Part shown: positions 50,145 to 61,214 of the stretch, piece after piece | Layout: each line of letters begins with the position of its first letter | Position numbering within the stretch: position 1 is the stretch's first letter | Origin: an uncultured Pseudomonadota bacterium | GTDB lineage: Bacteria; Vulcanimicrobiota; Vulcanimicrobiia; Eremiobacterales; Eremiobacteraceae | NCBI GenBank assembly: GCA_963736005.1 | Contig: CAVTNB010000001.1 | Location: 1,472,001-1,536,000, forward strand | Reading direction: 5' to 3' | DNA: 64,000 bases | Program-made: the position numbers and the translations under genes | Notes under the pieces: generated by a model | Seen by the model: only the letters and a program-made list of their open reading frames with translations | Told to the model about the DNA's origin: nothing | Databases searched by the model: none

Positions 50145-50711
50145 ATGAGACACTTGCTTTTCACGGTGTTCGCAACCGCCGTGATCGTTGTGCCCGCTGC
50201 GGTCCTAGCGGACACAAGCTTGAATCAACCCCCTGCGCAAATGGACGCTGGGTTCCAGTACATGCAGCAGGCGCACGCGAAAGTGCAGCAACTGCAAGCG
50301 CAAGCACGAGTAGCGGCGCTCAACGCGTTGAGTCCGGCTCACCGCAACCTGCTTGCGCAGATCGCGGGGCAACTAACGGTCTCGGCAAATCCAGACGTCA
50401 ATGCGGCCGCTCGTACGATTGACAATGCGCTGACCCAAACAGAAGGACGAAATATCTTGGGCATTTCCTCCGCGCTGCAGACACAATCGCAACAGGTAAT
50501 GGAAGCAGCTCGTCAACAAATGATGGCTGCCAATCCACAGGCGATGCCGCAAGGTGGTCCGGTCAAACGATCGGCAAACATGATGTACCACGGCAGCGAG
50601 ACCACAGATCCGGGGATGCTGCTGTTGCAAATGTCGATGGGTGTTGTCCAACCGGCCATGGGCACGTTCATGGTGAAATTCGCCGGTCCCGCGCCGCATT
50701 CGGGACCCTAA
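50145..50711 (+). CDS. Secreted helical hypothetical protein
   Basis: Signal peptide; ALSPAHR.LLA.IAG.L. Confidence 0.7.
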   Translation: MRHLLFTVFATAVIVVPAAVLADTSLNQPPAQMDAGFQYMQQAHAKVQQLQAQARVAALNALSPAHRNLLAQIAGQLTVSANPDVNAAARTIDNALTQTEGRNILGISSALQTQSQQVMEAARQQMMAANPQAMPQGGPVKRSANMMYHGSETTDPGMLLLQMSMGVVQPAMGTFMVKFAGPAPHSGP

Positions 50712-50883
50712 CCTGGTTTCGTCGTATACACGCAGTCGATGCAATAGTTGAACTGCGCCCGGACCAATCCTTAGAAAAAACTTGAGGGGAATTAGGCCTT
50801 AAGCATCAGCCCGAGCTTAACCCAGGCTTGCTAGAATGGTTTGAGCGCTGTCAGCGCCATTCTCACGAGGAGATATATCTCTC

Positions 50884-50988
50884 ATGTATACCAGTCCAAG
50901 AATCCTAGCATCAGTGGACCTCAAAACGACGATGGCGGATGCACTAGGGCAAAACTGCAGCGTTGTCGGCGTCCCCTGCGCAGAATAG
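50884..50988 (+). CDS. 34-aa peptide, putative RiPP/signalling precursor
   Basis: GAGGAG RBS; MYTSPRILASVDLKTTMADALGQNCSVVGVPCAE; terminator immediately downstream. Confidence 0.7.
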   Translation: MYTSPRILASVDLKTTMADALGQNCSVVGVPCAE

Positions 50989-50995
50989 TCGATCC

Positions 50996-51034
50996 AAAGG
51001 GAAGCAAGTATACGTTTGCTTCCCTTTTCTTTTT
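50996..51034 (+). terminator. Rho-independent terminator
   Basis: AAAGGGAAGCAA-GTATACGT-TTGCTTCCCTTT followed by TCTTTTT. Confidence 0.85.
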
Positions 51035-51112
51035 GCCTCGTAAACGTCTCGTAGCAATTTGTCAGCTTCGTCGCGTTTTTTCCTAAGGCTCAAACGCCGA
51101 CAAATTAAAGCC

Positions 51113-51185
51113 TACCCCCAAGGGAATTCGAATCCCTGTCCCCGCCTTGAAAGGGCGGTATCCTAGGCCTCTAGACGATGGGGGC
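51113..51185 (-). tRNA. tRNA-Glu(TTC)
   Basis: GCCCCCATCGTCTAGAGGCCTAGGATACCGCCCTTTCAAGGCGGGGACAGGGATTCGAATTCCCTTGGGGGTA. Confidence 0.97.
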
Positions 51186-51202
51186 ACAACAGCACGTTTG
51201 CG

Positions 51203-53012
<1,810 letters not shown>

Positions 53013-53079
53013 CCTACGTGTTTGTGCGACTATCTTTGGGAGTCCTACGAAGGGAGGCACGGTCCGGGGGAAAATGCGA

Positions 53080-53105
53080 CGGGCGACTTGGAAGTCGCCC
53101 GCTGC
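53080..53105 (-). repeat. REP family C copy (GCAG variant)
   Basis: CGGGCGACT-TGGA-AGTCGCCCG-CTGC. Confidence 0.75.
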
Positions 53106-53128
53106 GTTTGCCGTTAGTTTGATCGCGG

Positions 53129-53965
53129 TTATGGTTGCATGAAGACGTTGCCGCCCACTACAAATTCGCGATGGACGCGTTGTGAGTGCAGCAGTTCCCG
53201 CGCTGCGGTCGTGGGCGCCACCCAAGCGCAGACCACGATCACGGGCAAAGCCCTCGCCCATAGCGTGAGGCGTTCTTCGTAGCGCTCGACGCTCGAGTCG
53301 TCGAAGCAGAGCCCTTCGCGCTCTGGTTGCCCGAGAATGCGGACGTTTTGCCAACCCGCATTGCGAATCATCTGCACCAGCGCGTCGTACTGTTCTATCT
53401 GGCGGTGATGATCGAGATGTTCTTTGCCCTCGAACCAGGCAAAGCACACCTGGCGCCGCTTCATGACGATGTCGAGATCGAAGCCTTCTTCGCGAAGGAT
53501 CGATTCGTACAGCGAGCGGTGCGCCGGATCGGCCACGAGCATGACCGCTTGATTTGCGCGGAGAGCGTTGCCGATAAATTTGCGAGCGAACGACGCGTAC
53601 TCGTCCATGTCGGCCATGATCACAAGAGCATGTCGACCGCGGGAGAATGACGCGCCGTCCAAACCTAGGTCGAGCGGCATGAATCCGGCCGGCCGATCTT
53701 CCAGTTTTTCACGAATGAGGGCAAGCGAGTATCCGCGACTCTTGAGCCGGTTGATTTCTTCGACTCGCGAAAGCGCCGCGGCCTCATCAAAAAGGTTTGT
53801 TCGTCCGGAGACAGAGTCCACGCCCAACAGGCCGCATTCGCCGTACTTGCGAAGGGTTGGGACCGAAACTCCGAGCTTGCTGGCTAATTCCTTGATCGTG
53901 ACCTTGCGAGATGCCCAATGATGGTCAGAATCGTGCTTTTCCTCGGCGAGGCTGTGCAGTGTCAT
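53129..53965 (-). CDS. MerR-type HTH plus MEDS-like sensory domain regulator
   Basis: [30 protein letters not shown]-terminal H......D, VRILG, YEERL, VCA. Confidence 0.7.
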   Translation of the reverse strand: MTLHSLAEEKHDSDHHWASRKVTIKELASKLGVSVPTLRKYGECGLLGVDSVSGRTNLFDEAAALSRVEEINRLKSRGYSLALIREKLEDRPAGFMPLDLGLDGASFSRGRHALVIMADMDEYASFARKFIGNALRANQAVMLVADPAHRSLYESILREEGFDLDIVMKRRQVCFAWFEGKEHLDHHRQIEQYDALVQMIRNAGWQNVRILGQPEREGLCFDDSSVERYEERLTLWARALPVIVVCAWVAPTTAARELLHSQRVHREFVVGGNVFMQP

Positions 53966-53985
53966 CTAGCCTTTGAATCTCCTCG

Positions 53986-54777
53986 ATGCGGCTGCTGGAT
54001 CTAGCGACGCTCACAAGTCTCGTGTCCGCGTTGCCGCGATTTGGTAAGGTTTCGTATTTTGCCAGCGTTGAGTCTACTAACGCCGTTGCCGTCGACCGGC
54101 TCTACACTAATGACGGCTTTGGCATATCATTTGTTACGGAGTCCCAGACCAAAGGTCGCGGTCGGGTGGGACGAACCTGGGAATCTCCCGCCGGATCAGG
54201 GGTTTACGTGTCCACTATCTTGCCGGCCGAATTGCCACCTGGAGCCTTGCCGGGGGTGGGTTTTTGGGCTTCTTTGGCCGTCCGCGAGGCCTGCCTACGG
54301 GAGACTGGGGTAGCGTTGGATCTCAAATGGCCCAACGATTTGCTGTGGGACGGACGCAAGTGCGTCGGAATCCTTTCGCAAGGGCGCTCGAACGGCCAGG
54401 CTTCTAGAGTGGTTGTCGGGGTTGGAATCAATGTCAATCGGCCCGAAGAGGTCGCCCCGCAGCTCGAGCGAGGCGCTGTTTGGTTGTCAGAGGCCGGCGG
54501 TAGGGAATTCGACCGGGCCGCGATCCTCGCAACCCTTTTGTCGATCTACGAACGCGACTTCGACCGTCTCATGAACGAACCCACGAAGGTCATCGCGGAC
54601 TGGGCTTTGGTTGCGAATCTCGCCGGCAAGCACGTTTCAGTCAAGGCAACGGACGGAAGCCAGCTCCACGCGGGAGTGGTGAAAGCGATCGCCGCTGATG
54701 GCGCGCTCCTCCTGCAGACAGATACTGGGCTACAACGGATTACGCTCGGCGACGTGGACGCAATCACGCGCGAATGA
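53986..54777 (+). CDS. birA: Biotin--protein ligase (no HTH)
   Basis: STN, QTKGRGR.GR.W, KWPND, K..GIL, GVGINVN. Confidence 0.93.
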   Translation: MRLLDLATLTSLVSALPRFGKVSYFASVESTNAVAVDRLYTNDGFGISFVTESQTKGRGRVGRTWESPAGSGVYVSTILPAELPPGALPGVGFWASLAVREACLRETGVALDLKWPNDLLWDGRKCVGILSQGRSNGQASRVVVGVGINVNRPEEVAPQLERGAVWLSEAGGREFDRAAILATLLSIYERDFDRLMNEPTKVIADWALVANLAGKHVSVKATDGSQLHAGVVKAIAADGALLLQTDTGLQRITLGDVDAITRE

Positions 54778-54950
54778 ATTCGCGCGACTACACTACGCGG
54801 GCAATGTAGTGTCGCGAATTTATTTGCGACGTGACGTGGCAGTGTAGTGTCGCGAATTTATTCGCGATGTGACGTGGCATTGTAGTGTCGTGTATTCATT
54901 CGCGACATGACGTGGTAATGTAGTGTCGCGAATTTATTCGCGACAAGACG
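54767..54950. repeat. REP A (minus strand) plus four tandem 38-bp REP A' units
   Basis: GTAG at 54806, 54844, 54882, 54920; unit approx. TGTAGTGTCGCGAATTTATTCGCGACRTGACGTGGCAN. Confidence 0.92.
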
Positions 54951-54986
54951 TACCAACGAGCTTGCGCAAGTACGTCACGATGATGC

Positions 54987-56663
54987 TTAGCCTTTGAGCG
55001 CTTTGATCTCTTGACCGTTTTGATGCAAGATAAGATCGGTGACGTCACCGTTTGCGTCTCGCTCAAAATCGATCTGCGCGTTGACGATCTTATAGTAAAA
55101 CTTATCTTTTGCTGACGAATACACTGGGAAGGATGGCTGGCCAGTCAATTGCACCATCAATTGATTGCCCTGCAAGGTGACGACAAATTGAAGTCCTTGA
55201 CCAGCGGTGTAGGTCCCCACGTAACCGCCGAGGGTTTGAGCGTCAAGCGCAACGATGGGTGGGAACGCCGGTTGCTGGATTGGCGGCGCGCGCATACCGG
55301 GCCGAACCGCTACGATCGTAGCGCCATTTTGGTGCAGCACGAACGCGTTGACCTTGCCGTTCGTGCTCCGTGTGAAGTCAATTTGGGCGTTGACAACCCG
55401 GTAGAAAAAGTGATCTTGGGAGGATGGGTAGATGTTGGCGAACGGTTGGCCCGTCAACTGCGCTTCGAGCCGGTCCCCCACACGAGACACGGTGAAGGTT
55501 AGATTTTCTTGTCTCGCCTTGTATATTCCGACATATTCATCGAGCGTCGCGGTGTCGAGGTTGGCAACTCTTTCGGGTTCGCTCAGCGGCACGCTCGGGT
55601 CAATCGCGTGCAAGGCAACGTCCTGGACGGGCACGCCGCCGTTCGTCAACACGACCGCACCCTCTGAGCGATCTTGTGAAACAGCTACCCATGCGTGGTA
55701 CCCACCCGTATCCCCGCCGTGATTGATGATGTGCGTTGCGTCGTCGGTCCACCAGACAAGTCCGATTTGGTTTCCGGTAAACGTATCGCGCGGTTGCTGA
55801 GCAAAGAGACACGTGTCCGCCAGTGGCCCTTCTCCCATATTGCATCGAAGGTACTTGAGCATGTCCGCAAGCGAGGAGCGAATGGCCCCGGCCGGCGCGA
55901 TTGCTTGGAAGGTCCAAGGCTCAGTCGGGCTGCCATCCGCGTCATGGCCCGCCGCAAGCTGTTGTTGCAGCGCCGGTGCCACCGTTGTGCTTGTTTCGGT
56001 CATCTGCAGCGGTGCCAGAATGCGATCTCGCAGCAACTGGAGGTACGGCACGCCTGCCCTGCTTGCCAAAGCGTCGCCGAGCAGTGCAACGCCGAGATTT
56101 GAATATTCAAAGGTTTGACCAGGATCTCTCGTGAGCGTGTACGATTTTAGAAACGCATAGAGATCGTCCAGCGAATAGTTGGCGTAGGGATCCTCGGGAT
56201 CGGAGGCTCTCAAATTGTCTGGCAAGCGAGGCAACCCGGAATGCTGCGTAGCCAGATTGAGCAGCGTGATTTGCTTGCCATTGCGCGACGGCACGATAAC
56301 CCTTTTGGGCAAGTATTTTGCGACTGGATCGTCAAGCGCAACGCTCTCGTCAAGCGCCATGCTCGCCAGAATTGTCGCGGTGAATGTTTTGGTGACCGAA
56401 CCGATTTCAAAGAGGGTATGCGCGTCGAGCGGGCGAGTCGTTCCCGTCGAACCAGCCTTATATACGGAAAGACGGCCGCGATCGATGATCCCTACGATTA
56501 TTCCAACGCCCGGCTGGTCTGCGACCCGTTGATTGAGGGCAGATTGAAAGTCGGCTGGGTTAAGGACCGCCGTTTGCGGCGTCGGGGTAGGAGATGGAGC
56601 TCCGAATGCGGCCATCGTGGCACAGACGACAACGATAAAGCATAAGGCGATGACGCGCTTCAT
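54987..56663 (-). CDS. Serine hydrolase (class C beta-lactamase/PBP family) with two DUF3471-like domains
   Basis: SVTK, YSN, HGG motifs; two ~90-aa C-terminal repeats. Confidence 0.88.
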   Translation of the reverse strand: MKRVIALCFIVVVCATMAAFGAPSPTPTPQTAVLNPADFQSALNQRVADQPGVGIIVGIIDRGRLSVYKAGSTGTTRPLDAHTLFEIGSVTKTFTATILASMALDESVALDDPVAKYLPKRVIVPSRNGKQITLLNLATQHSGLPRLPDNLRASDPEDPYANYSLDDLYAFLKSYTLTRDPGQTFEYSNLGVALLGDALASRAGVPYLQLLRDRILAPLQMTETSTTVAPALQQQLAAGHDADGSPTEPWTFQAIAPAGAIRSSLADMLKYLRCNMGEGPLADTCLFAQQPRDTFTGNQIGLVWWTDDATHIINHGGDTGGYHAWVAVSQDRSEGAVVLTNGGVPVQDVALHAIDPSVPLSEPERVANLDTATLDEYVGIYKARQENLTFTVSRVGDRLEAQLTGQPFANIYPSSQDHFFYRVVNAQIDFTRSTNGKVNAFVLHQNGATIVAVRPGMRAPPIQQPAFPPIVALDAQTLGGYVGTYTAGQGLQFVVTLQGNQLMVQLTGQPSFPVYSSAKDKFYYKIVNAQIDFERDANGDVTDLILHQNGQEIKALKG

Positions 56664-56705
56664 TGTCGGGGCTTTGGCGACGAGAAATGCGAAACCTGTT
56701 TTGCA

Positions 56706-56810
56706 GCGCGCGAATAAATTCGCGCGACTACATTTTAAGAAGAATAAATTCGCGCGACTACATTTTAAGAAGAATAAATTCGCGAGGGCGATTTTCCAAT
56801 CGCCCCCTAC
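56706..56810 (-). repeat. REP A with 30-bp tandem duplication, plus REP B
   Basis: (GAATAAATTCGCGCGACTACATTTTAAGAA)x2 plus a partial copy, then GGGCGATTTTCCAATCGCCCCCTAC. Confidence 0.9.
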
Positions 56811-56816
56811 ACTACA

Positions 56817-57677
56817 TTAGAGTTTTGTGGTGAAAGCTTGTTCCGCGTGATACGAGGAACGCACGAGCGGACCAGACACAGTCTGGCGGAACCCTAGGGG
56901 TTTCACTTCACGTGCAAACCACGCGAACTTTTCCGGCGTGACGAACTCAATAACCGGCAGATGCTTTTTTGTGGGCTGCAAATATTGACCGAACGTAATG
57001 ATGTCCACGCCAACCGCGCGCAGATCTCTCGCCGCTTGCAGCACGTCACCGTCGGTTTCGCCGAGTCCAAGCATGATGCTCGACTTGGTCAGCATGTCAG
57101 GGCGTATGCTCTTGACAAAGCGCAGCACGCCGAGCGTTTGGTCGTACCCGCAACGAAGATCGCGCACCTTGCGTGTGAGCGCGCGGGTGGTCTCGATGTT
57201 GTGCGCATAGACGTCGGGATTCGCGTCGACGACCGTGAGAATTGCGGCTTGGTCGCCGCGATAATCCGACGTCAGCACTTCGACTTTGACCTGCGGCGTG
57301 CGATGCTTGATCGCGCGAATCGCTTCGGCCATCTGGGCCGCACCGCCGTCCGGTAAGTCGTCGCGGTCGACGCAAGTGATGACCGCGTAGTTGAGCCCAA
57401 GCTCCTCGATGCTCCGAGCCAGCTTGGCAGCCTCGAGTGGATCGATCGGGTTCGGGTGACCGGTTTTGACGTTGCAGAAACGGCAGCCGCGCGTGCACGT
57501 GTCACCCAAGATCATGAAGGTCGCGGTGCCGACGCCCCAGCACTCGGCGATATTCGGGCACATCGCTTCCTGGCAGACGGTGTGCAGGCTGCGTTCTTTG
57601 ACAATCGAGCGCAGCTTGAGATAATTCTCGCCAGCTGGGAGTTTGACTTTGAGCCACTCAGGCTTGCGCGCGATCAT
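56817..57677 (-). CDS. lipA: Lipoyl synthase
   Basis: CQEAMCPNIAECW, CTRGCRFC, GQYLQP, RSSYHA. Confidence 0.97.
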   Translation of the reverse strand: MIARKPEWLKVKLPAGENYLKLRSIVKERSLHTVCQEAMCPNIAECWGVGTATFMILGDTCTRGCRFCNVKTGHPNPIDPLEAAKLARSIEELGLNYAVITCVDRDDLPDGGAAQMAEAIRAIKHRTPQVKVEVLTSDYRGDQAAILTVVDANPDVYAHNIETTRALTRKVRDLRCGYDQTLGVLRFVKSIRPDMLTKSSIMLGLGETDGDVLQAARDLRAVGVDIITFGQYLQPTKKHLPVIEFVTPEKFAWFAREVKPLGFRQTVSGPLVRSSYHAEQAFTTKL

Positions 57678-58351
57678 GCGATTTTCTCGGAGAGCGCGAG
57701 CGGGAGCGGTTCGTCTGTGAGTTCGATGTGGTACACGGCTTGGAGAGCTTCGCGAATGTGCGGCTTCGCCTCTGCCAACGACACCCGTCGACTGCACTCT
57801 AAAGCGATTGAGGTCACTGGAGTCGATGGCATTCCGCAGGGATTGATGAGCTCGAACATGGCAAGGTCCGTGCCGACGTCGAGGGCAAATCCGTGAAACG
57901 TCACGCCGCCGCGAACGGCCGCTCCAATCGATGCAATCTTTGCGCCGCGAACGAAGACGCCGGCGTGATCCGACCGCTGCTCTCCGATAAGGTCGAAGGC
58001 TGCGAGTCCGAGGATGATTGCCTGTTCCATCTTGCGCACAAAGCCTTGCACTTCGCGCAATCGAGGCAGCTTGAAAATTGGATAGCCCACCAACTGACCA
58101 GGACCGTGATAGGTGAGATCGCCGCCGCGCTCGACTTCGAAGTACTCGACACCGCGACGGCGCAACTCGTCTCTAGCAACCAGCAGGTTGTGAGCTTTGC
58201 CGGATTTACCCATCGTGATTACCGGCATGTGCTCGCAGAAGAGCAGCGTGTCGGTTATCTCATCGGCGACGCGGGCTGCGTGCAGCCGCTTCTGCAGCGA
58301 CCAAGCCGTACCGTACGGAATGCGGCCAAGATCGTGAAATGCCACTCTCAC
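57674..58351 (-). CDS. lipB: Octanoyltransferase
   Basis: EH.PVITMG, RGGDLTYHGPGQLVGYP, KIASIG, HGFAL, INPCG. Confidence 0.95.
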   Translation of the reverse strand: MRVAFHDLGRIPYGTAWSLQKRLHAARVADEITDTLLFCEHMPVITMGKSGKAHNLLVARDELRRRGVEYFEVERGGDLTYHGPGQLVGYPIFKLPRLREVQGFVRKMEQAIILGLAAFDLIGEQRSDHAGVFVRGAKIASIGAAVRGGVTFHGFALDVGTDLAMFELINPCGMPSTPVTSIALECSRRVSLAEAKPHIREALQAVYHIELTDEPLPLALSEKIA

Positions 58352-58372
58352 GCGCCTGCTCCCAGTTTGCGG

Positions 58373-59797
58373 TCAGCGAACCGCTGCGGTCGGCGGCGCC
58401 GGCTGATTGACGATGTGAATCGCATGTCCGTGGAGTGCCTCTGCCGCTTCCATGACCGATTCCGAAAACGTCGGATGTGGGTGCATGGTCAAACCGATGT
58501 CGTCAACCGTCGACCCCATCTCGATGGCCAACACCGCTTCGCCGATCATCGACTCGGCGGTTGGCGAGACGATGTGAATGCCCAAGACCAGATCGGTCTT
58601 CTTGTCGCCGACGATCTTTGTCATGCCGTCTGACGTGCCCACGGTTCGAGCGCGACCGAGAGCGGCAAGTCGAAACCTGCCGATCGCTACCTCGTAACCG
58701 GCAGCTTTAGCTTGCTCTTCTGAAAGCCCGGCGGTCGCAACTTGCGGATCGGTATAGACGCAGTTCGGCACGGCCATCGGATCGTACGCCGCCGCAAGGC
58801 CTGCAATGACTTCAGCCGCGACGATGCCTTCCTTCATGGCTTTGTGCGCAAGCAATGGCGCGCCGGCGCAATCGCCAATAGCGAAAATATTCGCAACGCT
58901 GGTTCGGCGCTGCGGGTCAACTTTGACAAATCCGCGCTCGAGCTTCACGCCGACTTTCTCGAGGCCAAGGTTTGCCGTACGCGGGCGGCGCCCGACTGCC
59001 ACCAGCACCTTATCATACTCGCGGGTTTCGTTGACCTCGCCTTCGAGCGTTGCACTCACCTTGCTGCCTTTAACCGCGAGGGACGAAGCTTTGGTCTTCA
59101 AGTGAATGTTGATGCCCTGCTTCTTGAGGATGCGAAGCAGCAGGTTGGAGATTTCCAAATCAGTGTCGCCGAGCGCTCGGTCCAGCAACTCGACCACCGT
59201 GACGTCCGCACCCAGGCGCTTGTAGATGGTCGCAAATTCCAAGCCCACGACGCCCGCGCCCAAGATCAAAATGCTTTTTGGGATATCTGCAAGGGCCACC
59301 GAGTCATCCGAATTCAAGATGGTCTTGCCATTGCGTTCCATACCCGGGGGGCTGACAGGCTCCGAACCGGTAGCGATGATGATGTCTTTTGCCGAAACAG
59401 TTTCGGTGCTGCCGTCCGCTTTCTTGACGCGAACGCTGGTTGCGTCGATCAACTCGGCAACGCCAGTGAGCAATTCTGCCTTGTTGGCTTTCATGAGCGT
59501 GGCCACGCCGTTGACGAGATCGTCAACCATCTTACCCTTCCACTTATTGAGGACACCCAGGTTGACTTTGGGCGCGCCAAACTCAACGCCCATCTCCTTG
59601 ATCTCGTGCGCGGCATTCATCACTTCGCCGATATGCAAGAGGGCCTTGGTCGGCATGCAGCCCCAATTGAGGCAGACGCCTCCCAGTCTTTCTTGTTCGA
59701 TGCACAGTCCACGCTTGCCGAGCTGTCCCAAGCGGATGGCAGCGGTATAGCCGCCGGGACCGCCACCGATGATGATCGCGTCGTAGGAGGAAGCCAC
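58373..59797 (-). CDS. lpdA: Dihydrolipoyl dehydrogenase (E3)
   Basis: GGGPGGY, CLNWGC, LAHKA, HPHPT.SE. Confidence 0.96.
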   Translation of the reverse strand: MASSYDAIIIGGGPGGYTAAIRLGQLGKRGLCIEQERLGGVCLNWGCMPTKALLHIGEVMNAAHEIKEMGVEFGAPKVNLGVLNKWKGKMVDDLVNGVATLMKANKAELLTGVAELIDATSVRVKKADGSTETVSAKDIIIATGSEPVSPPGMERNGKTILNSDDSVALADIPKSILILGAGVVGLEFATIYKRLGADVTVVELLDRALGDTDLEISNLLLRILKKQGINIHLKTKASSLAVKGSKVSATLEGEVNETREYDKVLVAVGRRPRTANLGLEKVGVKLERGFVKVDPQRRTSVANIFAIGDCAGAPLLAHKAMKEGIVAAEVIAGLAAAYDPMAVPNCVYTDPQVATAGLSEEQAKAAGYEVAIGRFRLAALGRARTVGTSDGMTKIVGDKKTDLVLGIHIVSPTAESMIGEAVLAIEMGSTVDDIGLTMHPHPTFSESVMEAAEALHGHAIHIVNQPAPPTAAVR

Positions 59798-59800
59798 GTT

Positions 59801-61162
59801 CTAACCGCCTTCCATGAGCATGACGTCAGGATTCGCGAGTGACGCCGCAACATCTTTGACGAAGAGCGCAGCAACGGCGCCGTCGACCACCCGATGATCG
59901 AATGAGATTGACAAGTACATCATGTGGCGGATAACGATCTGGCCGTCGCGGACGACCGGCCGCTGCTGGATCGAATGCGTACCAAGAATCGCGACCTCGG
60001 GATAGTTGATCACGGGAAAAGTAAAAAGACCGCCCACAGATCCGACATTGGTAATTGTGAACGTGCCGTCCGTGATGTCGTCGTGGCTCAGCTTCCCATT
60101 CCGCGCCTTGTCGGCGAGCGTGGCAATCTCTGTGGCAAGTTCGAAAATCGTCTTGTCATCCGCGTGATGGATCACGGGAACGACGAGTCCTTCCTCTGTG
60201 TTTGCGGCGATGCCAATATTGTAGTATTTCTTGAGTACGATTTCGTGCTTTTCGTCGTCGAGGGAGGCGTTCACGTATGGATGGCGCTTCAGCGCGCCCG
60301 TCACGGCTTTGACAAAGAACGGCAGATAGGTGAGCTTAACGCCAGCGGCCGCTGCTTTTTCCTTCGCGCGTTCGCGCATGGAGACTAACTCGGTCAGATC
60401 GGCCTCGTCCACGTGCAACGTGTGCGCTGCTGTGTGCTTGCTGTGCACCATGTGATCGGCAATAACGCGCCGTAGTCCGCGCAAAGGAATGCGTTCGGAT
60501 TCTTGGCTGGCGGCGGTTTGTTTCGCCGCGGGGCGCGCGGCGCCAGGTCCAAGATTTGCAACGCGCTGAACGTCCTCGCGGCCGATTCGGCCGCCTTCCC
60601 CGGAGCCACGGACTTGTGAAAGATCGACTCCCAACTCGCGGGCGAGTCTGCGCACGGCCGGCGCAGCGAGAGGTCGGCCAAAAGGACTAAGCTGCGCGGT
60701 TTCGGTTTCTGACACCGCGCGGCGTGGTTGCCCGTTACCTGTAGTGGGCGGCGCCGTCGTGGGCGACTGCGTAGGGGGCGATTGGGAAATCGCCCCGGCG
60801 GCGGGCGACGACGCAGTAGCGGGCGACGCAGGCGATGCCGTAGTGGGCGACTGTGAAGTCGCCCCCGTGGTCGTCTCCTTTGCAGGTGCTTGCACGTGCT
60901 CGTGCACGTCGGCAATCGTCTCGCCTTCCTTACCGAAAATCGCGATCGGCTTGCCGATGGGGACGACGGCACCTTCGGGCGCAACTTGTTTGAGCAGCAC
61001 GCCTTCGTAGGGCGAGGGAATCTCCACCGTCACCTTGTCCGTCATCACCTCGACGAGCGGCTGATCTTGTTTCACGTGCTCGCCTTCTTTGACGAGCCAC
61101 TTGACGATCTCGCCTTCGATGACGGATTCTGCAAGTTCGGGCATTTCGAGTTCGACTGCCAT
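59801..61162 (-). CDS. Dihydrolipoamide acyltransferase (E2)
   Basis: Lipoyl TDKV, AAPAVRRLARELG, DHRVVDG. Confidence 0.95.
   Translation of the reverse strand: MAVELEMPELAESVIEGEIVKWLVKEGEHVKQDQPLVEVMTDKVTVEIPSPYEGVLLKQVAPEGAVVPIGKPIAIFGKEGETIADVHEHVQAPAKETTTGATSQSPTTASPASPATASSPAAGAISQSPPTQSPTTAPPTTGNGQPRRAVSETETAQLSPFGRPLAAPAVRRLARELGVDLSQVRGSGEGGRIGREDVQRVANLGPGAARPAAKQTAASQESERIPLRGLRRVIADHMVHSKHTAAHTLHVDEADLTELVSMRERAKEKAAAAGVKLTYLPFFVKAVTGALKRHPYVNASLDDEKHEIVLKKYYNIGIAANTEEGLVVPVIHHADDKTIFELATEIATLADKARNGKLSHDDITDGTFTITNVGSVGGLFTFPVINYPEVAILGTHSIQQRPVVRDGQIVIRHMMYLSISFDHRVVDGAVAALFVKDVAASLANPDVMLMEGG
60741..60864 (+). repeat. REP B and C copies (plus half-copies) inside the E2 linker coding sequence
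   Basis: 60771-60796 is 25/26 identical to 1212-1237; 60840-60864 is 23/25 identical to 1243-1267. Confidence 0.88.
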
Positions 61163-61176
61163 CGGGTCTCCCTATG

Positions 61177-61214
61177 AGCGGACCTAAAGGTCCGCTGCTA
61201 CGTTGGGGCGATTT
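61177..61214 (-). repeat. REP D plus a partial REP B between the E1-beta and E2 genes
   Basis: AGCGGACCTAAAGGTCCGCTGCTAC identical to 2695-2719; GGGGCGATTT. Confidence 0.88.

Noticed and set aside
50841..51086. 81-aa ORF in the track
   Set aside because: Runs through the terminator; the RBS-supported 34-aa ORF in another frame is more credible
54803..54950. CRISPR array
   Set aside because: Linkers are only ~13 nt and nearly identical, the repeat matches dispersed REPs, and no cas genes are present
54987..56663. Bona fide AmpC resistance gene
   Set aside because: HGG instead of KTG and DUF3471-like tails fit a generic serine hydrolase/peptidase
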